From contig DASYCZ010000012.1 in assembly GCA_036499825.1 (NCBI GenBank), forward strand, positions 1 to 64,000: DNA of 64,000 nt, read 5' to 3'. Within the stretch, counting starts at the first letter, position 1; each line of letters starts with the position of its first letter. Source of the stretch: Devosiaceae bacterium. GTDB taxonomy: Bacteria > Pseudomonadota > Alphaproteobacteria > Rhizobiales > Devosiaceae. This document shows positions 51,851 through 62,368 of this stretch, piece after piece. Position numbers and translations under genes: made by a program. The notes beneath the pieces are model-generated. The model did no database searches. It was not told the origin of the DNA and saw nothing but the letters and a program-made list of their open reading frames with translations.

Positions 51851-53356
51851 CGACTCGACCACCTGGTCGATACCAAAGCTGGCCGAACGAGCCCTCGGTG
51901 GGAACTCCTTGAAGCTTTCCAGCCATTGCTCGACGATCGGGCCGGCGGAATAGAGCAGGAAGTTCTGCTGGAGGAACCAGTCATCATATTTGAAGCTCAC
52001 CTCCCCGGCTTCGAAGGGATCGCTGCGCAGGTTGAAGAATTTGGGGATGCGCATCGTCGAGAACGGCTCACGCCAGGCATCGAGCCCTTCGGCGCGCTGC
52101 TCCATGAAGACGATCTTCCAGTCCCTGATGCGCAGCGCCAAAAGGTCGCCGTCATCGCTCCAATAGAGGAAGCCTTCTCGCGGGGATTTTTCTTCCCTGC
52201 CGGAAAGGAACGGCATCAGGTTGAAGCCGTCGAGATGCACCTTGACGGATTTGTCGCCGATCTTGGCGCCCTTCTTGACCTTCTCGACAAGGCCGGTATC
52301 GCCATTGGCAGCCGCGAATGTGGGGATGAAGTCCTGCAGCGAGCAGATGTCGTTGATGACGCGGCCGGGCTCGATCACGCCGGGCCAGCGCATGACGCAG
52401 GGAACGCGCCAGCCTCCTTCCCAATTGGTGTCTTTCTCACCGCGGAACGGGCTGGCGCCGCCATCGGGCCAGGTGCACTTTTCGGCGCCGTTGTCGGTGG
52501 TGAAAACCACGATGGTGTTGTCCCTGACCCCCAGCGCATCGAGCTTGTCGAGAAGCTGCCCCACATGCAGGTCAAGTTCCACCATGCCGTCCGGATAGGT
52601 GCCGAGGCCGGTCTTGCCGTCCGATTCCGGCTTGAGATGAGTGAACACATGCATGCGGGTGGTGTTCATGTAGCAGAACCAGGGTGCCCCCTCTTTGGTC
52701 TTGCGCTCCATGAAATCGAGCGCCGAGTTCAAAAATTCCTCGTCGACGGTTTCCATGCGCTTTCTGGTGAGAGGGCCGGTATTGTCGATCACCTGCTTGC
52801 CCACACGGCCGAAATGCGGATCGACGGTGGCGTCGTCCTTTTGGGTGGCCTTGCACTTCAAGACACCGCGCGGCCCGAATTTCTCGGTGAACCGCTTATC
52901 CTTCGGCCAATTGGGATATTCGGGCTCTTCCTCGGCATTGAGATGGTAGAGATTGCCGAAGAACTCATCGAACCCGTGCACCGTGGGCAGGTGTTCGTTG
53001 CGGTCGCCGAGATGGTTCTTGCCGAACTGCCCGGTGGCATAGCCATAGGATTTGAGGAACTCGGCGATGGTGGGGTCCTTGGCGCTGAGCCCCAGGGTGG
53101 CGCCCGGCATGCCCACCTTGGTGAGGCCGGTGCGGATCGGCGATTGTCCGGTGATGAAGGCGGCGCGGCCGGCCGTGCAGCTCTGCTGGCCGTAAAAATC
53201 GGTGAAGTTGGCGCCTTCCTTGGCGATCCTGTCGATATTGGGCGTGCGGTAGCCCATGATGCCGTTGTTGTTGCAGCTGATGTTGAACCAGCCGATGTCG
53301 TCGCTCATGATGAACAGAATGTTGGGCTTGTCAGTCTTCGGGTTTGCCATTTTCAA
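51833..53356 (-). CDS. Sulfatase-family (arylsulfatase-like) protein lacking an evident signal peptide; active-site motif C-T-A-G-R
   Basis: N-terminal sulfatase signature (ILFIMSDDIGW...SCTAGRAAFITG) and a C-terminal sulfatase domain. The N-terminus MKMANPKTDKPN is hydrophilic. Confidence 0.85.
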   Translation of the reverse strand: MKMANPKTDKPNILFIMSDDIGWFNISCNNNGIMGYRTPNIDRIAKEGANFTDFYGQQSCTAGRAAFITGQSPIRTGLTKVGMPGATLGLSAKDPTIAEFLKSYGYATGQFGKNHLGDRNEHLPTVHGFDEFFGNLYHLNAEEEPEYPNWPKDKRFTEKFGPRGVLKCKATQKDDATVDPHFGRVGKQVIDNTGPLTRKRMETVDEEFLNSALDFMERKTKEGAPWFCYMNTTRMHVFTHLKPESDGKTGLGTYPDGMVELDLHVGQLLDKLDALGVRDNTIVVFTTDNGAEKCTWPDGGASPFRGEKDTNWEGGWRVPCVMRWPGVIEPGRVINDICSLQDFIPTFAAANGDTGLVEKVKKGAKIGDKSVKVHLDGFNLMPFLSGREEKSPREGFLYWSDDGDLLALRIRDWKIVFMEQRAEGLDAWREPFSTMRIPKFFNLRSDPFEAGEVSFKYDDWFLQQNFLLYSAGPIVEQWLESFKEFPPRARSASFGIDQVVESLMPKG

Positions 53357-53531
53357 CTCGCTCTACTGTTGACGATAGGGAGACGGAGACGTGGCGGATA
53401 TCGGGGGCATGCGCCGGCCGGCGCCGCCGGGCGCCCGGGCTTCGGCGGGGTAAAACTTGCGTGCGTCCGCTGGCATTGCGGGGGCGCAGATGGGATGGTG
53501 CAGGAAGTGTTAATGCCACCCGGAGAGAGCT

Positions 53532-53747
53532 GTGCTGCTCGACGTCAATGATTTCGGCGGGGGCCAGCCCGGCCCCTTCTGCCCTTCCTGCAAGCGTCCC
53601 CTGGCGGACGAGCGCACCATGCATATCGTTTTCGAAACCGATCCCCATGGCTTCAAGGGGCTGAGCGGGCACTACCATGCCGCTTGCGGCAGGCCCTTCG
53701 CATCGATGGCCAATGCGCTGAACCAGCTGTCGCGGCCGCGCCGCTAG
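53532..53747 (+). CDS. Small hypothetical zinc-ribbon-like protein (71 aa, CPSC...HYHAAC)
   Basis: ORF only. The cysteine/histidine spacing suggests a zinc ribbon, with no other support. Confidence 0.25.
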   Translation: MLLDVNDFGGGQPGPFCPSCKRPLADERTMHIVFETDPHGFKGLSGHYHAACGRPFASMANALNQLSRPRR

Positions 53748-54094
53748 GCTCAATTCAGCAGTTCGGGGAGAAAAGCTGGCCATCACGCGGCCCGCTGGCC
53801 GGCATGCCTGCCCAGCGTGGTGCTTCGCCCAAAGCACCATAAGTGTTGCGGCAATAAAGTCTGGGGAAGCGGCTCTCAAATCCACAACATTCTCCTCGCG
53901 CGTTTCCGCGCCAGTATATTGTGTGAGGCCTGGAGTTTAATTTATCCGCCAATGGCGTCATTGCAAAGCCTGAACTGAACAGTATTCGCGATGAACTTAG
54001 CTCTACATCATCGTAAATTTGCTGATTGCCGCGGAGTGTGGATTTCGGTTGTGGGTGGTCTCATCCTTCTTCTGTGCTCGCCGCACCTCCGCTC

Positions 54095-54128
54095 ACCCCG
54101 ACCCTCTCCCCGGAGGGGCGAGGGGGCA
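54095..54128. repeat. REP-like palindrome CCCTCTCCCCGGAGGGGCGAGGGGGCAA (same core as 51634-51661)
   Basis: Read directly. Confidence 0.65.
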
Positions 54129-54195
54129 ACGAGCAAGAGCCGGCAGGCTCCTGGCTATTTCCTCTATCCTTCGTAGCCCTCCAAGCCCCATTACT

Positions 54196-54235
54196 CCCCA
54201 AAACAAAAAGCCCCGGACCATCGGTCCAGGGCTCG
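54196..54235 (-). terminator. Rho-independent terminator downstream of grpE (GCCCTGGACCgatgGGTCCGGGGC + TTTTTGTTTT on the minus strand)
   Basis: Read on the reverse complement. Confidence 0.7.
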
Positions 54236-54256
54236 CAAATTCTCGCGTCAAATCGC

Positions 54257-54838
54257 CTAGACGCTTTTGTCGATGCTTTCGGTGTCGCCGCTGACCTTGG
54301 GGCCGCCCTTGGCGATGCCCACCATGGCGGGGCGGAGGATACGGTCGCCGATGGCGAAGCCGGCCTGCACCACCTGCACCACCGTGCCTTCCGGCCGGCT
54401 GGGGTCGGGAACCTCGAACATGGCCTGGTGCTTGTGCGGGTCGAACTTCTGCCCGTCCGCCTCGATCGGCTTGACGCCGTGCTTGGCCAGCAACCGCTGC
54501 ATCTCGCGCTCGGTCATCTCGATGCCGTCGATCAGCGATCGCAGCGTGCCGTCGGCAGTGTCGCGGGCTTCGGCGGGCAACACCATCAGCGCCCGGCTCA
54601 GCGAATCGGTGGCCGTCAGCATGTCGCGCGCAAAGCCGGCGATCGCATAGGTGCGCGTATCGGCGATCTCGCGCTCGGTACGCTTGCGCAGGTTTTCCAT
54701 CTCGGCCGCCAGCCGCAGCAGGCGGTCCTTGAGGTCGGAATTCTCGGTGCGCAGCGCTTCCGTCGGATCAGCTTCCGGCGTTTCGATCGCGATATCGTTG
54801 TCCGGGGCGGCGCCGGCCGCGGTCTCGTCACTCATCAT
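54257..54838 (-). CDS. grpE: Nucleotide exchange factor GrpE
   Basis: GrpE coiled-coil and beta-domain motifs (ENLRKR...; FDPHKHQA). Start at MMSDE. Confidence 0.9.
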   Translation of the reverse strand: MMSDETAAGAAPDNDIAIETPEADPTEALRTENSDLKDRLLRLAAEMENLRKRTEREIADTRTYAIAGFARDMLTATDSLSRALMVLPAEARDTADGTLRSLIDGIEMTEREMQRLLAKHGVKPIEADGQKFDPHKHQAMFEVPDPSRPEGTVVQVVQAGFAIGDRILRPAMVGIAKGGPKVSGDTESIDKSV

Positions 54839-54970
54839 GGCGTTATCGTCCGCATTTCGTTTGTCTGGGGATTGCGCCCGATATCGGCCAACGGCGCGCA
54901 CAATTCAAGGCCCTCGGCGCACCATGGGTCCGATTGCGCCATGGGGCAACGTCTGGCGGCGCCTTGGGTT

Positions 54971-56053
54971 TCAGCCTTTGCGCACCATCATGCGGGAAAT
55001 CACATGCGCCGTGTAGTCGACCACCGGCACGATGCGCGCATAGTTGAGCCGCGTCGGCCCGATGACGCCGAGCACGCCCACCACCTTGTCGTTGGCGTCC
55101 TTGTAGGGGCTGAGGATCACCGACGACCCGGACAGCGAAAACAGCTTGTTCTCCGAGCCGATGAAGATGCGCACGCCCTGCGCCATTTCGGCATCGCCCA
55201 GGAGCTCCAAGAGCCCATCCTTGCTTTCCAGTTCGTCGAACAGCTGCCGCACCCGCAGCAGGTCGTCCGACGCCATGGCGTCGTTGATGAGGTTGGCCCT
55301 GCCGCGCACGATCACCGTGGGATGCGCCGCGCTCAATGGCGTCGAGAGTGTCGCGAGCCCCGTATCCACCAGCTTTTGCGTCAATTCGTCGAGTTCGGCA
55401 CGCTGCTCGGCCCGTTGCTTGATGAGTGCTGCCCGGGCTTCCGCCAGCGTGCGCCCCACCACATGATGGGCGAGATAATTGCTCGCCTGCGTCAAGGCGC
55501 CGGGCGTGAGGCCGGCGGGCAGCAGCACGATGCGGTTTTCCACCTGCCCGTCCTCGCCCACCAGGATCGCCATGGCGCGTTCGGCGTCGAGCCGCACGAA
55601 TTCGATATGCTTGAGCACCATGTCGGCCTTGGCGGCGATGACGACGCCGGCGCCCTGGCTGAGGCCGGAGAGCACCTGGCTCGCCTCGGTCAGCAGGTCC
55701 TCGATCTGGCCCTGGCTCGCCGGGCCCTCGATATGCTTGGAAATCTGCGCCCGCTCGCGCTCATCGACATCGCCGATCTCCAGCATCGCGTCGACGAAGA
55801 ACCTCAGGCCGCGTTGCGTCGGGGCCCGTCCAGCCGACGTGTGGGGGGCGGCGATCAGACCCAGATCCTCCAGATCGGCCATGACATTGCGCACCGAAGC
55901 CGGCGACAACCCCATCTGCAGCATCTTCGACAGATCGCGCGACCCGACCGGCATGCCGGTGTCGAGATAACGTTCGACGATCTTCTTGAAAATGTCCTGG
56001 CTGCGGTGGTTGAGCACGGCCAGGAAGTCTTCGGGTGATTGCACCATGGGCAT
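54971..56053 (-). CDS. hrcA: Heat-inducible transcription repressor HrcA
   Basis: HrcA family: N-terminal winged helix (VGSRDLSKM) and a C-terminal domain. hrcA-grpE is divergent from rph as in other alphaproteobacteria. Confidence 0.9.
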   Translation of the reverse strand: MPMVQSPEDFLAVLNHRSQDIFKKIVERYLDTGMPVGSRDLSKMLQMGLSPASVRNVMADLEDLGLIAAPHTSAGRAPTQRGLRFFVDAMLEIGDVDERERAQISKHIEGPASQGQIEDLLTEASQVLSGLSQGAGVVIAAKADMVLKHIEFVRLDAERAMAILVGEDGQVENRIVLLPAGLTPGALTQASNYLAHHVVGRTLAEARAALIKQRAEQRAELDELTQKLVDTGLATLSTPLSAAHPTVIVRGRANLINDAMASDDLLRVRQLFDELESKDGLLELLGDAEMAQGVRIFIGSENKLFSLSGSSVILSPYKDANDKVVGVLGVIGPTRLNYARIVPVVDYTAHVISRMMVRKG

Positions 56054-56190
56054 TTCGATAAAGCTTGAGCGATTAACGCTGTCAACTCATTTAAGGGCAA
56101 ACGCAGGGCCCGCCAAGCGCCGCCGCCTTGTGAGCGCCCCCCCGAAGGGTTAAGAGGCGGTTAACGTCTAAAACCCAAGGTGATTTGCCG

Positions 56191-56907
56191 ATGCGCCCAT
56201 CCGGACGCCAAGCCGACGAAATGCGGGCCGTGACCATCGAGCGCGGCGTCGCCCCCAAGGCCGAGGGCTCGTGCCTCGTGGCCTTCGGTTCGACCCGCGT
56301 GCTCGTCACCGCCAGCGTCGAGACCAGCCTGCCGTCCTGGCGGCGCGGTCAGGGCCTGGGCTGGGTCACCGCCGAATATGGCATGCTGCCGCGCGCCACC
56401 GGCACCCGCACCCGGCGCGAGGCCGCCGCCGGCAAGCAGTCCGGCCGCACCCAGGAAATCCAGCGCCTCATCGGCCGGAGCCTGCGCGCCGTGGTCGACA
56501 TGGCGGCGCTGGGCGAAAACCAGGTCATTCTCGATTGCGACGTGCTGGAAGCCGATGGCGGCACCCGCACCGCCTCGATCACCGGCGCCTATGTGGCGCT
56601 CGCCGATGCCATCGCCTGGATGACCGAGCGCAACCTCACCAAGGGCGCCCCGCTGCGCGACACCGTCGCGGCCGTCTCCTGCGGCATCTATCGCGGCACC
56701 CCCGTCCTCGATCTCGATTATCTCGAAGACGTCGAGGCCCATACGGACGCCAATTTCGTCATGACCGGCACCGGCCGGTTCGTCGAGATCCAGGGCACCG
56801 CCGAACAGGCGCCGTTCTCGCGCGCCGAACTCGAAACCCTCATGGGCCTTGCCGAAAAGGGCATCGGCGAGCTGACGGCCCTGCAGCAGACGGCGTTGTC
56901 GGCCTGA
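56191..56907 (+). CDS. rph: Ribonuclease PH
   Basis: [12 protein letters not shown] start; RNase PH motifs ([12 protein letters not shown]; [13 protein letters not shown]). Confidence 0.95.
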   Translation: MRPSGRQADEMRAVTIERGVAPKAEGSCLVAFGSTRVLVTASVETSLPSWRRGQGLGWVTAEYGMLPRATGTRTRREAAAGKQSGRTQEIQRLIGRSLRAVVDMAALGENQVILDCDVLEADGGTRTASITGAYVALADAIAWMTERNLTKGAPLRDTVAAVSCGIYRGTPVLDLDYLEDVEAHTDANFVMTGTGRFVEIQGTAEQAPFSRAELETLMGLAEKGIGELTALQQTALSA

Positions 56908-57563
56908 TGGCGCCCCGGCTCACATTGCGGGCAGGCGACCGGCTGGTGATTGCCACCCACAATGCCGGCAAGCTCACCGAATTCCGCGAACTGTTCGAGC
57001 CGTTCGATCTCGACCTGGTTTCGGCGGGCGAACTCGGCCTGCCCGAGCCCGACGAAACCGGCACCACCTTTGTCGAGAATGCCCGCCTCAAGGCCCATGC
57101 GGCCGCCAGGGGCTCGGGGCTTTTGGCGCTGTCCGACGATTCAGGCCTGTGCGTGGATGCGCTCGATGGCCGCCCCGGCGTCTATACGGCCAACTGGGCG
57201 GGCGTGCGCCCCGATGGCGGCCGCGATTTCGCCGTCGGCATGCGCCGCGTCGAGGATTCGCTGCAGGCCGTGGGCGCCAACACCCCGGCCCAGCGCCGCG
57301 GCTCATTCCACGCCACGCTCTGCCTCGCTTCGCCCGATGGTACCGATGATGTCTATGTGGGCGTCGTTCCCGGCACCCTGGTCTGGCCGCCGCGCGGCGA
57401 CATGGGCCACGGCTTCGATCCCGTCTTCATGCCCGATGGCTACGACATCACGTTCGGGCAGATGGCGCCTGAGACCAAGCATTCCTGGACGCCCGGCGCC
57501 ACGGGCCTGTCGCACCGCGCCCGCGCCTTCGCCAAGCTCGTGGAGACCGCCATTGTCAAATAG
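56907..57563 (+). CDS. rdgB: Non-canonical purine NTP pyrophosphatase RdgB/HAM1
   Basis: ATHNAGK and FGYDPVF-like (HGFDPVF) motifs. ATG overlaps the rph stop. Confidence 0.9.
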   Translation: MAPRLTLRAGDRLVIATHNAGKLTEFRELFEPFDLDLVSAGELGLPEPDETGTTFVENARLKAHAAARGSGLLALSDDSGLCVDALDGRPGVYTANWAGVRPDGGRDFAVGMRRVEDSLQAVGANTPAQRRGSFHATLCLASPDGTDDVYVGVVPGTLVWPPRGDMGHGFDPVFMPDGYDITFGQMAPETKHSWTPGATGLSHRARAFAKLVETAIVK

Positions 57564-58755
57564 CGCCCGCATCCACACCGATACCGTCTATTCGGACAAC
57601 GGCGCCCGCTTCAATTCCCTGTTCGGGGTCTATGTGCACTGGCCGTTCTGCGCCGCCAAATGCCCCTATTGCGACTTCAACAGCCACGTGCATCGCGGCC
57701 CCTTCGATGAAGCCGCCTATCTGGCCTCCTATCGCCGCGAGATCGCCGCCACCGCCGCCCGCGCGCCGGGCCGCAAGGTGCAGTCGATCTTCTTTGGCGG
57801 CGGCACGCCCTCGCTGATGGACCCCAGGACCGTCGCCGGCATTCTGGATGCCATCGCCGAACACTGGACCATCGATGATCGCGCCGAGATCACGCTCGAG
57901 GCCAACCCGACCAGCGTCGAGGCCGACCGCTTTCGCGGCTACAAGGCTGCCGGCGTCAACCGCGTCTCGCTCGGCGTGCAATCGCTGCGCGACAAGCCGC
58001 TGGCCGATCTCGGCCGCCGCCATACGGTGGACGAAGCCGTCGCGGCGGTGCGCCTGGCGCAATCGATCTTCGAGCGCTCCAGCTTCGATCTCATCTATGC
58101 CCGTCCGCACCAGACGCTCGACGATTGGCGCGATGAGCTGACCGAGGCGCTGTGGATGGCCCAGGGCCATATCTCGCTCTACCAGCTCACCATCGAGCAG
58201 GGCACGCGCTATTTCGACCTGCACAAGGCCGGCAAGCTCAAGATGCCCGACGAGGATCTGAGCGCCGATTTCTACGAATTGACCCAGGAACTGGCGACCG
58301 CCGCTGGCCTTCCGGCCTACGAGATTTCCAACCACGCCCGCCCCGGACAGGAAAGCCGCCACAACCTCACCTACTGGCGCTATGGCGAATATGCGGGCAT
58401 CGGCCCGGGCGCCCATGGCCGCCTGGTGCTCAACAATGAGCGCCACGCCACCGCCGCCGAAAAACTCCCCTTCGACTGGCAGGCGCGCGTCACCGCCAAG
58501 GGCGATGGCCTGGTCACCGACGATGTTCTCACCTGGGAAGAGCAGGGCGACGAATTCCTCGTCATGGGGCTGCGCCTGCGCGAAGGCATCGATCCGCAGC
58601 GCTATGCGGCCCTGTCGGGGCGGCGCATCGACGCCCGCCAGATCGCCACGCTCAAGGGTTATGGCTTCGTCGAGACCCTGCCCAACGGCAATCTGCGTGT
58701 CACCGATCGCGGCTGGCCCGTGCTCGACGCCGTCGTCGCCGATCTCGCCGCCTAG
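57553..58755 (+). CDS. hemW: Radical-SAM heme chaperone HemW (coproporphyrinogen III oxidase-like)
   Basis: CxxxCxxC radical-SAM motif ([10 protein letters not shown]) and a HemN-like C-terminal domain. Start uncertain (TTG at 57553 overlapping the rdgB end). Confidence 0.85.
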   Translation: MSNSARIHTDTVYSDNGARFNSLFGVYVHWPFCAAKCPYCDFNSHVHRGPFDEAAYLASYRREIAATAARAPGRKVQSIFFGGGTPSLMDPRTVAGILDAIAEHWTIDDRAEITLEANPTSVEADRFRGYKAAGVNRVSLGVQSLRDKPLADLGRRHTVDEAVAAVRLAQSIFERSSFDLIYARPHQTLDDWRDELTEALWMAQGHISLYQLTIEQGTRYFDLHKAGKLKMPDEDLSADFYELTQELATAAGLPAYEISNHARPGQESRHNLTYWRYGEYAGIGPGAHGRLVLNNERHATAAEKLPFDWQARVTAKGDGLVTDDVLTWEEQGDEFLVMGLRLREGIDPQRYAALSGRRIDARQIATLKGYGFVETLPNGNLRVTDRGWPVLDAVVADLAA

Positions 58756-58831
58756 AGGGCTTCGCGCTTGATCGCGGCTTGGTCGCGTTTTTCGAACCGG
58801 AAAAGTGACATTCCGTTTTCCTGAAAGCGCT

Positions 58832-59629
58832 CTATTCCAGCGCCCGGATATAGCGTTCGGCCGAGCGCTGAACCGCGCCCTGCCCGTCTTCGGTCATTAC
58901 CCGGTCCCACCAGCCGCCATAGAGTTTTTCGAAGGCGAAGGGCATGACCTTGCCGGCGATCGTCCTGACCCTGGCGGCCGGCAGCGGAATGAGGTTGGGG
59001 TAGGAGCGCATGAAGCTCACCCAGCCTTTGTCGGGCACCAGCTGGATGGTGTCGCCGGTGAACAGGGCGCCCTCGCCCGCCGCCCAGTGCAGCACCGTGC
59101 TGCCCTCGAAATGCCCGCCGCAGCGGATCAGCGTCACCCCATCCATCAGCGCCAGCGTCTCCCCGCTCCAGAAGCGGATATTGGCCGATGGCCGCATCAC
59201 ATGCGCCCGGTCCGCTTCGTGCAGATAGATCGGCACATCGCCCAGACGCTCGCTCCAGGTGACCATCGCGGCATAGAAATGCGGATGCGAGATGGCGATG
59301 GCCGCAACGCCCCCCGCTGCCCTGATGCGCCCGACCGTCTCGTCGGTGATCAGCGGCACCATATCCCACAGCACGCCGCCTTCCGGCCGCATGATGAACA
59401 GCGAGCGCTGCCCGATACCCACCGCCGGCGTTACCCCGATGCCGGCGAGCCCCGGCGCCAGAGCGCGCCAGTCATTGTGGTGGTTGCGGGCGATGGCCTC
59501 CATGCTGGTCCAGCGCTGCCCTTCGGCGCCCACATATTGCCGCTCGTCCTCACAGATCGCACAGCGCTCCGGCGGCGTCGCGGTCTCCGGATACTGGACG
59601 CAGCAGGTGGTGCAGATCCATGCCGTCAT
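58832..59629 (-). CDS. MBL-fold metallo-hydrolase
   Basis: HxHxDH-like metal-binding motif (ISHPHFYAAM) and a beta-lactamase-like fold. Confidence 0.75.
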   Translation of the reverse strand: MTAWICTTCCVQYPETATPPERCAICEDERQYVGAEGQRWTSMEAIARNHHNDWRALAPGLAGIGVTPAVGIGQRSLFIMRPEGGVLWDMVPLITDETVGRIRAAGGVAAIAISHPHFYAAMVTWSERLGDVPIYLHEADRAHVMRPSANIRFWSGETLALMDGVTLIRCGGHFEGSTVLHWAAGEGALFTGDTIQLVPDKGWVSFMRSYPNLIPLPAARVRTIAGKVMPFAFEKLYGGWWDRVMTEDGQGAVQRSAERYIRALE

Positions 59630-60957
59630 AGCTTTGCTCCATCTACCGTCACGGCTCCGCCCGGCGTCACCTTTTCCATCACCAGCGCATAATCGCTTTG
59701 CCCGTCCGGATGGAAGCGGAACAGCCCGTCGCGCCCGTTGAAGCCGGCCGGGCCCGTGAGCTTGCCACGGTCATATTGCGGCGTGGCCTTCGACAACAGC
59801 GACGTGTTGGCGAGGATCGTCGCCGTATAGGCCAGCGTCGTCAACGGATGCGGCGAGCCGCCGAACCGCGCCCCATAGGCCGGCCGGATGGCGTCGAGCC
59901 CCGCCGGGTCCACCGCCGGATAGACCGCGCCATCGAGCAGCGGCGCCGCAAGAATTGCGCCATCGCCCTGCCAGTCGGCCGACCCCACGATCAACAGGTG
60001 CTGGGTCGAAACCCCGGCGGCCTCAAGGGCCGCCGCGATGCGCGGCGCGCTCGCCCGGTCGGGCAGGAACAGCGTGTCGATCGCTCCCGATTTGAGGCGC
60101 GGCGCCAGTTTGCCCACAAGGCGTTGCATCTCGGCGTCGCTGCCGAAACTGTTGACCGCCTGCGGCGTCAGCCCCAGCCCGCCCATGGCCTGCGTGAACG
60201 CGGCTTGCTCCACCTGCCCATAGGCGCTGGTGGGAAACAGTGCCGCCACGGCCCTATGCCCCTGTGCCTTGGCATAGCCGAGCCCGCGCCGCACCTCGCC
60301 GCCGGGCAACACGCTCAGCAGATAGACCCCCGGCCCTGCCGCGTCGGGATTGTTCGAAAAGGCGATCACCGGAACCCCGGCGGCCCGCGCCACCGACCCT
60401 ACCGCCGTCACCTCGTCGGCACGCAGCGGCCCCAGGATGATGCTGGCCCCGGCGCCGATCGCGGCGCTGGCCTCTTGCGCCGCCTGGCCGGCGCTGCCGC
60501 CGGTATCGTGCAGCGTCACGGTGATGTTGTCGGCGATATTGGCATTGGCCGCGATATAGTCGACCGCCAGCCGCGCGCCGTTCGCCATCGACATGCCGAC
60601 GGCGCCAAGGCCCTGGTCCCCGCTCAGCGGCAGCAGCAGCGCCACCTTGACGGGCCCCGACCCGAAACTTTCCCCCTGTGCCTGTCCCGCAGCCCTCACC
60701 GGCGCGCTGTAGATATTGGCGCCCCCAGCCGCCGGCAGCGGCTGTTCGTACACCTGGCCAGGCATCCGACCCGTCATTTGCCCGGTCATCTGCCCATTCA
60801 CCGGCACGGGCTCGCCCTGCTGGTTCACGGTCATCGGCGCGCGGATTTCCCTGAGGGAATCGAAATCCCCCATCGTGCATTGCGCAAGGAGCGGCGCGGC
60901 CAGCACCAGGCCCGCGATACCCCGCAATTGCTTCAGCCTCAGGCGCTTTGCTGCCAT
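59626..60957 (-). CDS. LpoA-like penicillin-binding-protein activator (lipoprotein, periplasmic-binding-protein type 1 fold)
   Basis: Lipobox LLAQC. Leu/Ile/Val-binding-protein-like fold, divergent from rsmI and followed by yraN (the E. coli yraL-lpoA-yraN synteny). Confidence 0.7.
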   Translation of the reverse strand: MAAKRLRLKQLRGIAGLVLAAPLLAQCTMGDFDSLREIRAPMTVNQQGEPVPVNGQMTGQMTGRMPGQVYEQPLPAAGGANIYSAPVRAAGQAQGESFGSGPVKVALLLPLSGDQGLGAVGMSMANGARLAVDYIAANANIADNITVTLHDTGGSAGQAAQEASAAIGAGASIILGPLRADEVTAVGSVARAAGVPVIAFSNNPDAAGPGVYLLSVLPGGEVRRGLGYAKAQGHRAVAALFPTSAYGQVEQAAFTQAMGGLGLTPQAVNSFGSDAEMQRLVGKLAPRLKSGAIDTLFLPDRASAPRIAAALEAAGVSTQHLLIVGSADWQGDGAILAAPLLDGAVYPAVDPAGLDAIRPAYGARFGGSPHPLTTLAYTATILANTSLLSKATPQYDRGKLTGPAGFNGRDGLFRFHPDGQSDYALVMEKVTPGGAVTVDGAKL

Positions 60958-61092
60958 GGCGACCGGCCTTCCATAGGGCGATGGCGCCGGCCCTGGCATC
61001 GTGGCCCAGTCTGTGACCACGTCTCCGGCGCTATACAAAATCGCCCCTGGCTGCTTAAAGACGGCTTAACCCTCCGGAAAGGACCGGCCCGC

Positions 61093-61992
61093 ATGTCCGC
61101 CGACCCCGACGCCAGACGCGGCTATTTCATCGCCGGCATGACCTTCGCCGCGCCCCCGCTGGCCCCCGGCCTCTATGTGGTCTCAACCCCCATCGGCAAT
61201 CTCCGCGACATCACCGTGCGGGCGCTCGAAACCCTCGCCGCCGCCGATCAGGTGCTGTGCGAGGATACCCGCCTTTCGGCGCGCCTGCTCGATCACTACG
61301 GCATCCGCACCCAGCGCAAGGCGTTGCACGAGCATAATGAGCGGGCCCGCGCCGAAGCCATCGCGGCCGAGATCGCCGCCGGCGCCGCCATCGCGCTCAT
61401 CTCCGATGCCGGCACGCCGCTGCTCTCCGACCCGGGCTTTCCGCTGGTGCGAACGCTGCGTGAACACGACCTCCCGGTCTTCGCCATTCCGGGCCCCTCG
61501 GCCCTGCTCTCCGCGCTCGCCGTGGCGGGCCTGCCCACCGATGCTTTCTCCTTCGTGGGGTTTTTGCCCACCAGATCCGGCGCCCGCGCCAAGGCGCTCA
61601 CCGGCTGGCGCGATCGCACCGAGACCCTGGTGTTTTACGAATCCCCCCGGCGGCTCGACGATGCCCTCGCCGCCATGGCGGCGGCGTTCGGCCCCGATCG
61701 CGAGGCGGCCGTCGCCCTCGAACTCACCAAGAAATTCGAGCGCGTGCAGCGTGGATCCCTGGGTGAACTGGCCGCCGCCTTCGCTGCCGCCGAAACCAGG
61801 GGCGAAGCCGTCATCGTCGTCGCCGGCGCCGCCGAGGCGGCCGCCCCCGATGCCGCCGACTGGCAGGCGGCGCTCGACACCGCGCTCGACGAACAGCCAT
61901 TGCGCGCCGCCGTCGACACCATCACCGAACGGTTCGGTCTCAAGCGCAAGGAAGTCTACAATGCCGCGCTCGCCCGCCGACCGGACCGCTGA
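61093..61992 (+). CDS. rsmI: 16S rRNA (cytidine1402-2'-O)-methyltransferase RsmI
   Basis: Tetrapyrrole-methylase fold motifs (LYVVSTPIGNLRDIT; CEDTR). Confidence 0.9.
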   Translation: MSADPDARRGYFIAGMTFAAPPLAPGLYVVSTPIGNLRDITVRALETLAAADQVLCEDTRLSARLLDHYGIRTQRKALHEHNERARAEAIAAEIAAGAAIALISDAGTPLLSDPGFPLVRTLREHDLPVFAIPGPSALLSALAVAGLPTDAFSFVGFLPTRSGARAKALTGWRDRTETLVFYESPRRLDDALAAMAAAFGPDREAAVALELTKKFERVQRGSLGELAAAFAAAETRGEAVIVVAGAAEAAAPDAADWQAALDTALDEQPLRAAVDTITERFGLKRKEVYNAALARRPDR

Positions 61993-62359
61993 GCGGCTGC
62001 GTGCCGAACGGCTGCGTGCCGAAAAGCGCGGCCGCCGCGCCGAGGCGGTGGCGGCGCTGTTCCTCATGGCGCAGCTCTATACCATTGCGGAACGCCGCTA
62101 TCGCACGCCGGTCGGCGAGATCGATCTCATCGCCGCCCGCTTCGGCACCATCGTCTTCGTCGAGGTCAAGACGCGCGCCACCCCTCAGGGTGAAAGCGAC
62201 GCCATGGAAGCCGTCAACGCCGCCCGCCTCACCCGCGCGGCCCAATACTATCTCTCGCGCCATCCGGCGCGGGCCCATACCAGCCTGCGCTTCGACGTGA
62301 TATTCGTTGCGCCCTTCGCCTGGCCCCGCCACCTGAAAAACGCTTTCGACGCCGTTTAG
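61961..62359 (+). CDS. yraN: YraN-family (UPF0102) predicted endonuclease
   Basis: GEIDLIA...VFVEVKTR motif. Overlaps the rsmI 3' end; start approximate. Confidence 0.75.
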   Translation: MPRSPADRTAERLRAERLRAEKRGRRAEAVAALFLMAQLYTIAERRYRTPVGEIDLIAARFGTIVFVEVKTRATPQGESDAMEAVNAARLTRAAQYYLSRHPARAHTSLRFDVIFVAPFAWPRHLKNAFDAV

Positions 62360-62368
62360 GATTGTTTC

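Noticed and set aside
56054-56190. Looked for a CIRCE (TTAGCACTC-N9-GAGTGCTAA) element upstream of hrcA-grpE
   Set aside because: No match in the hrcA upstream region; only short TTAA-containing segments.
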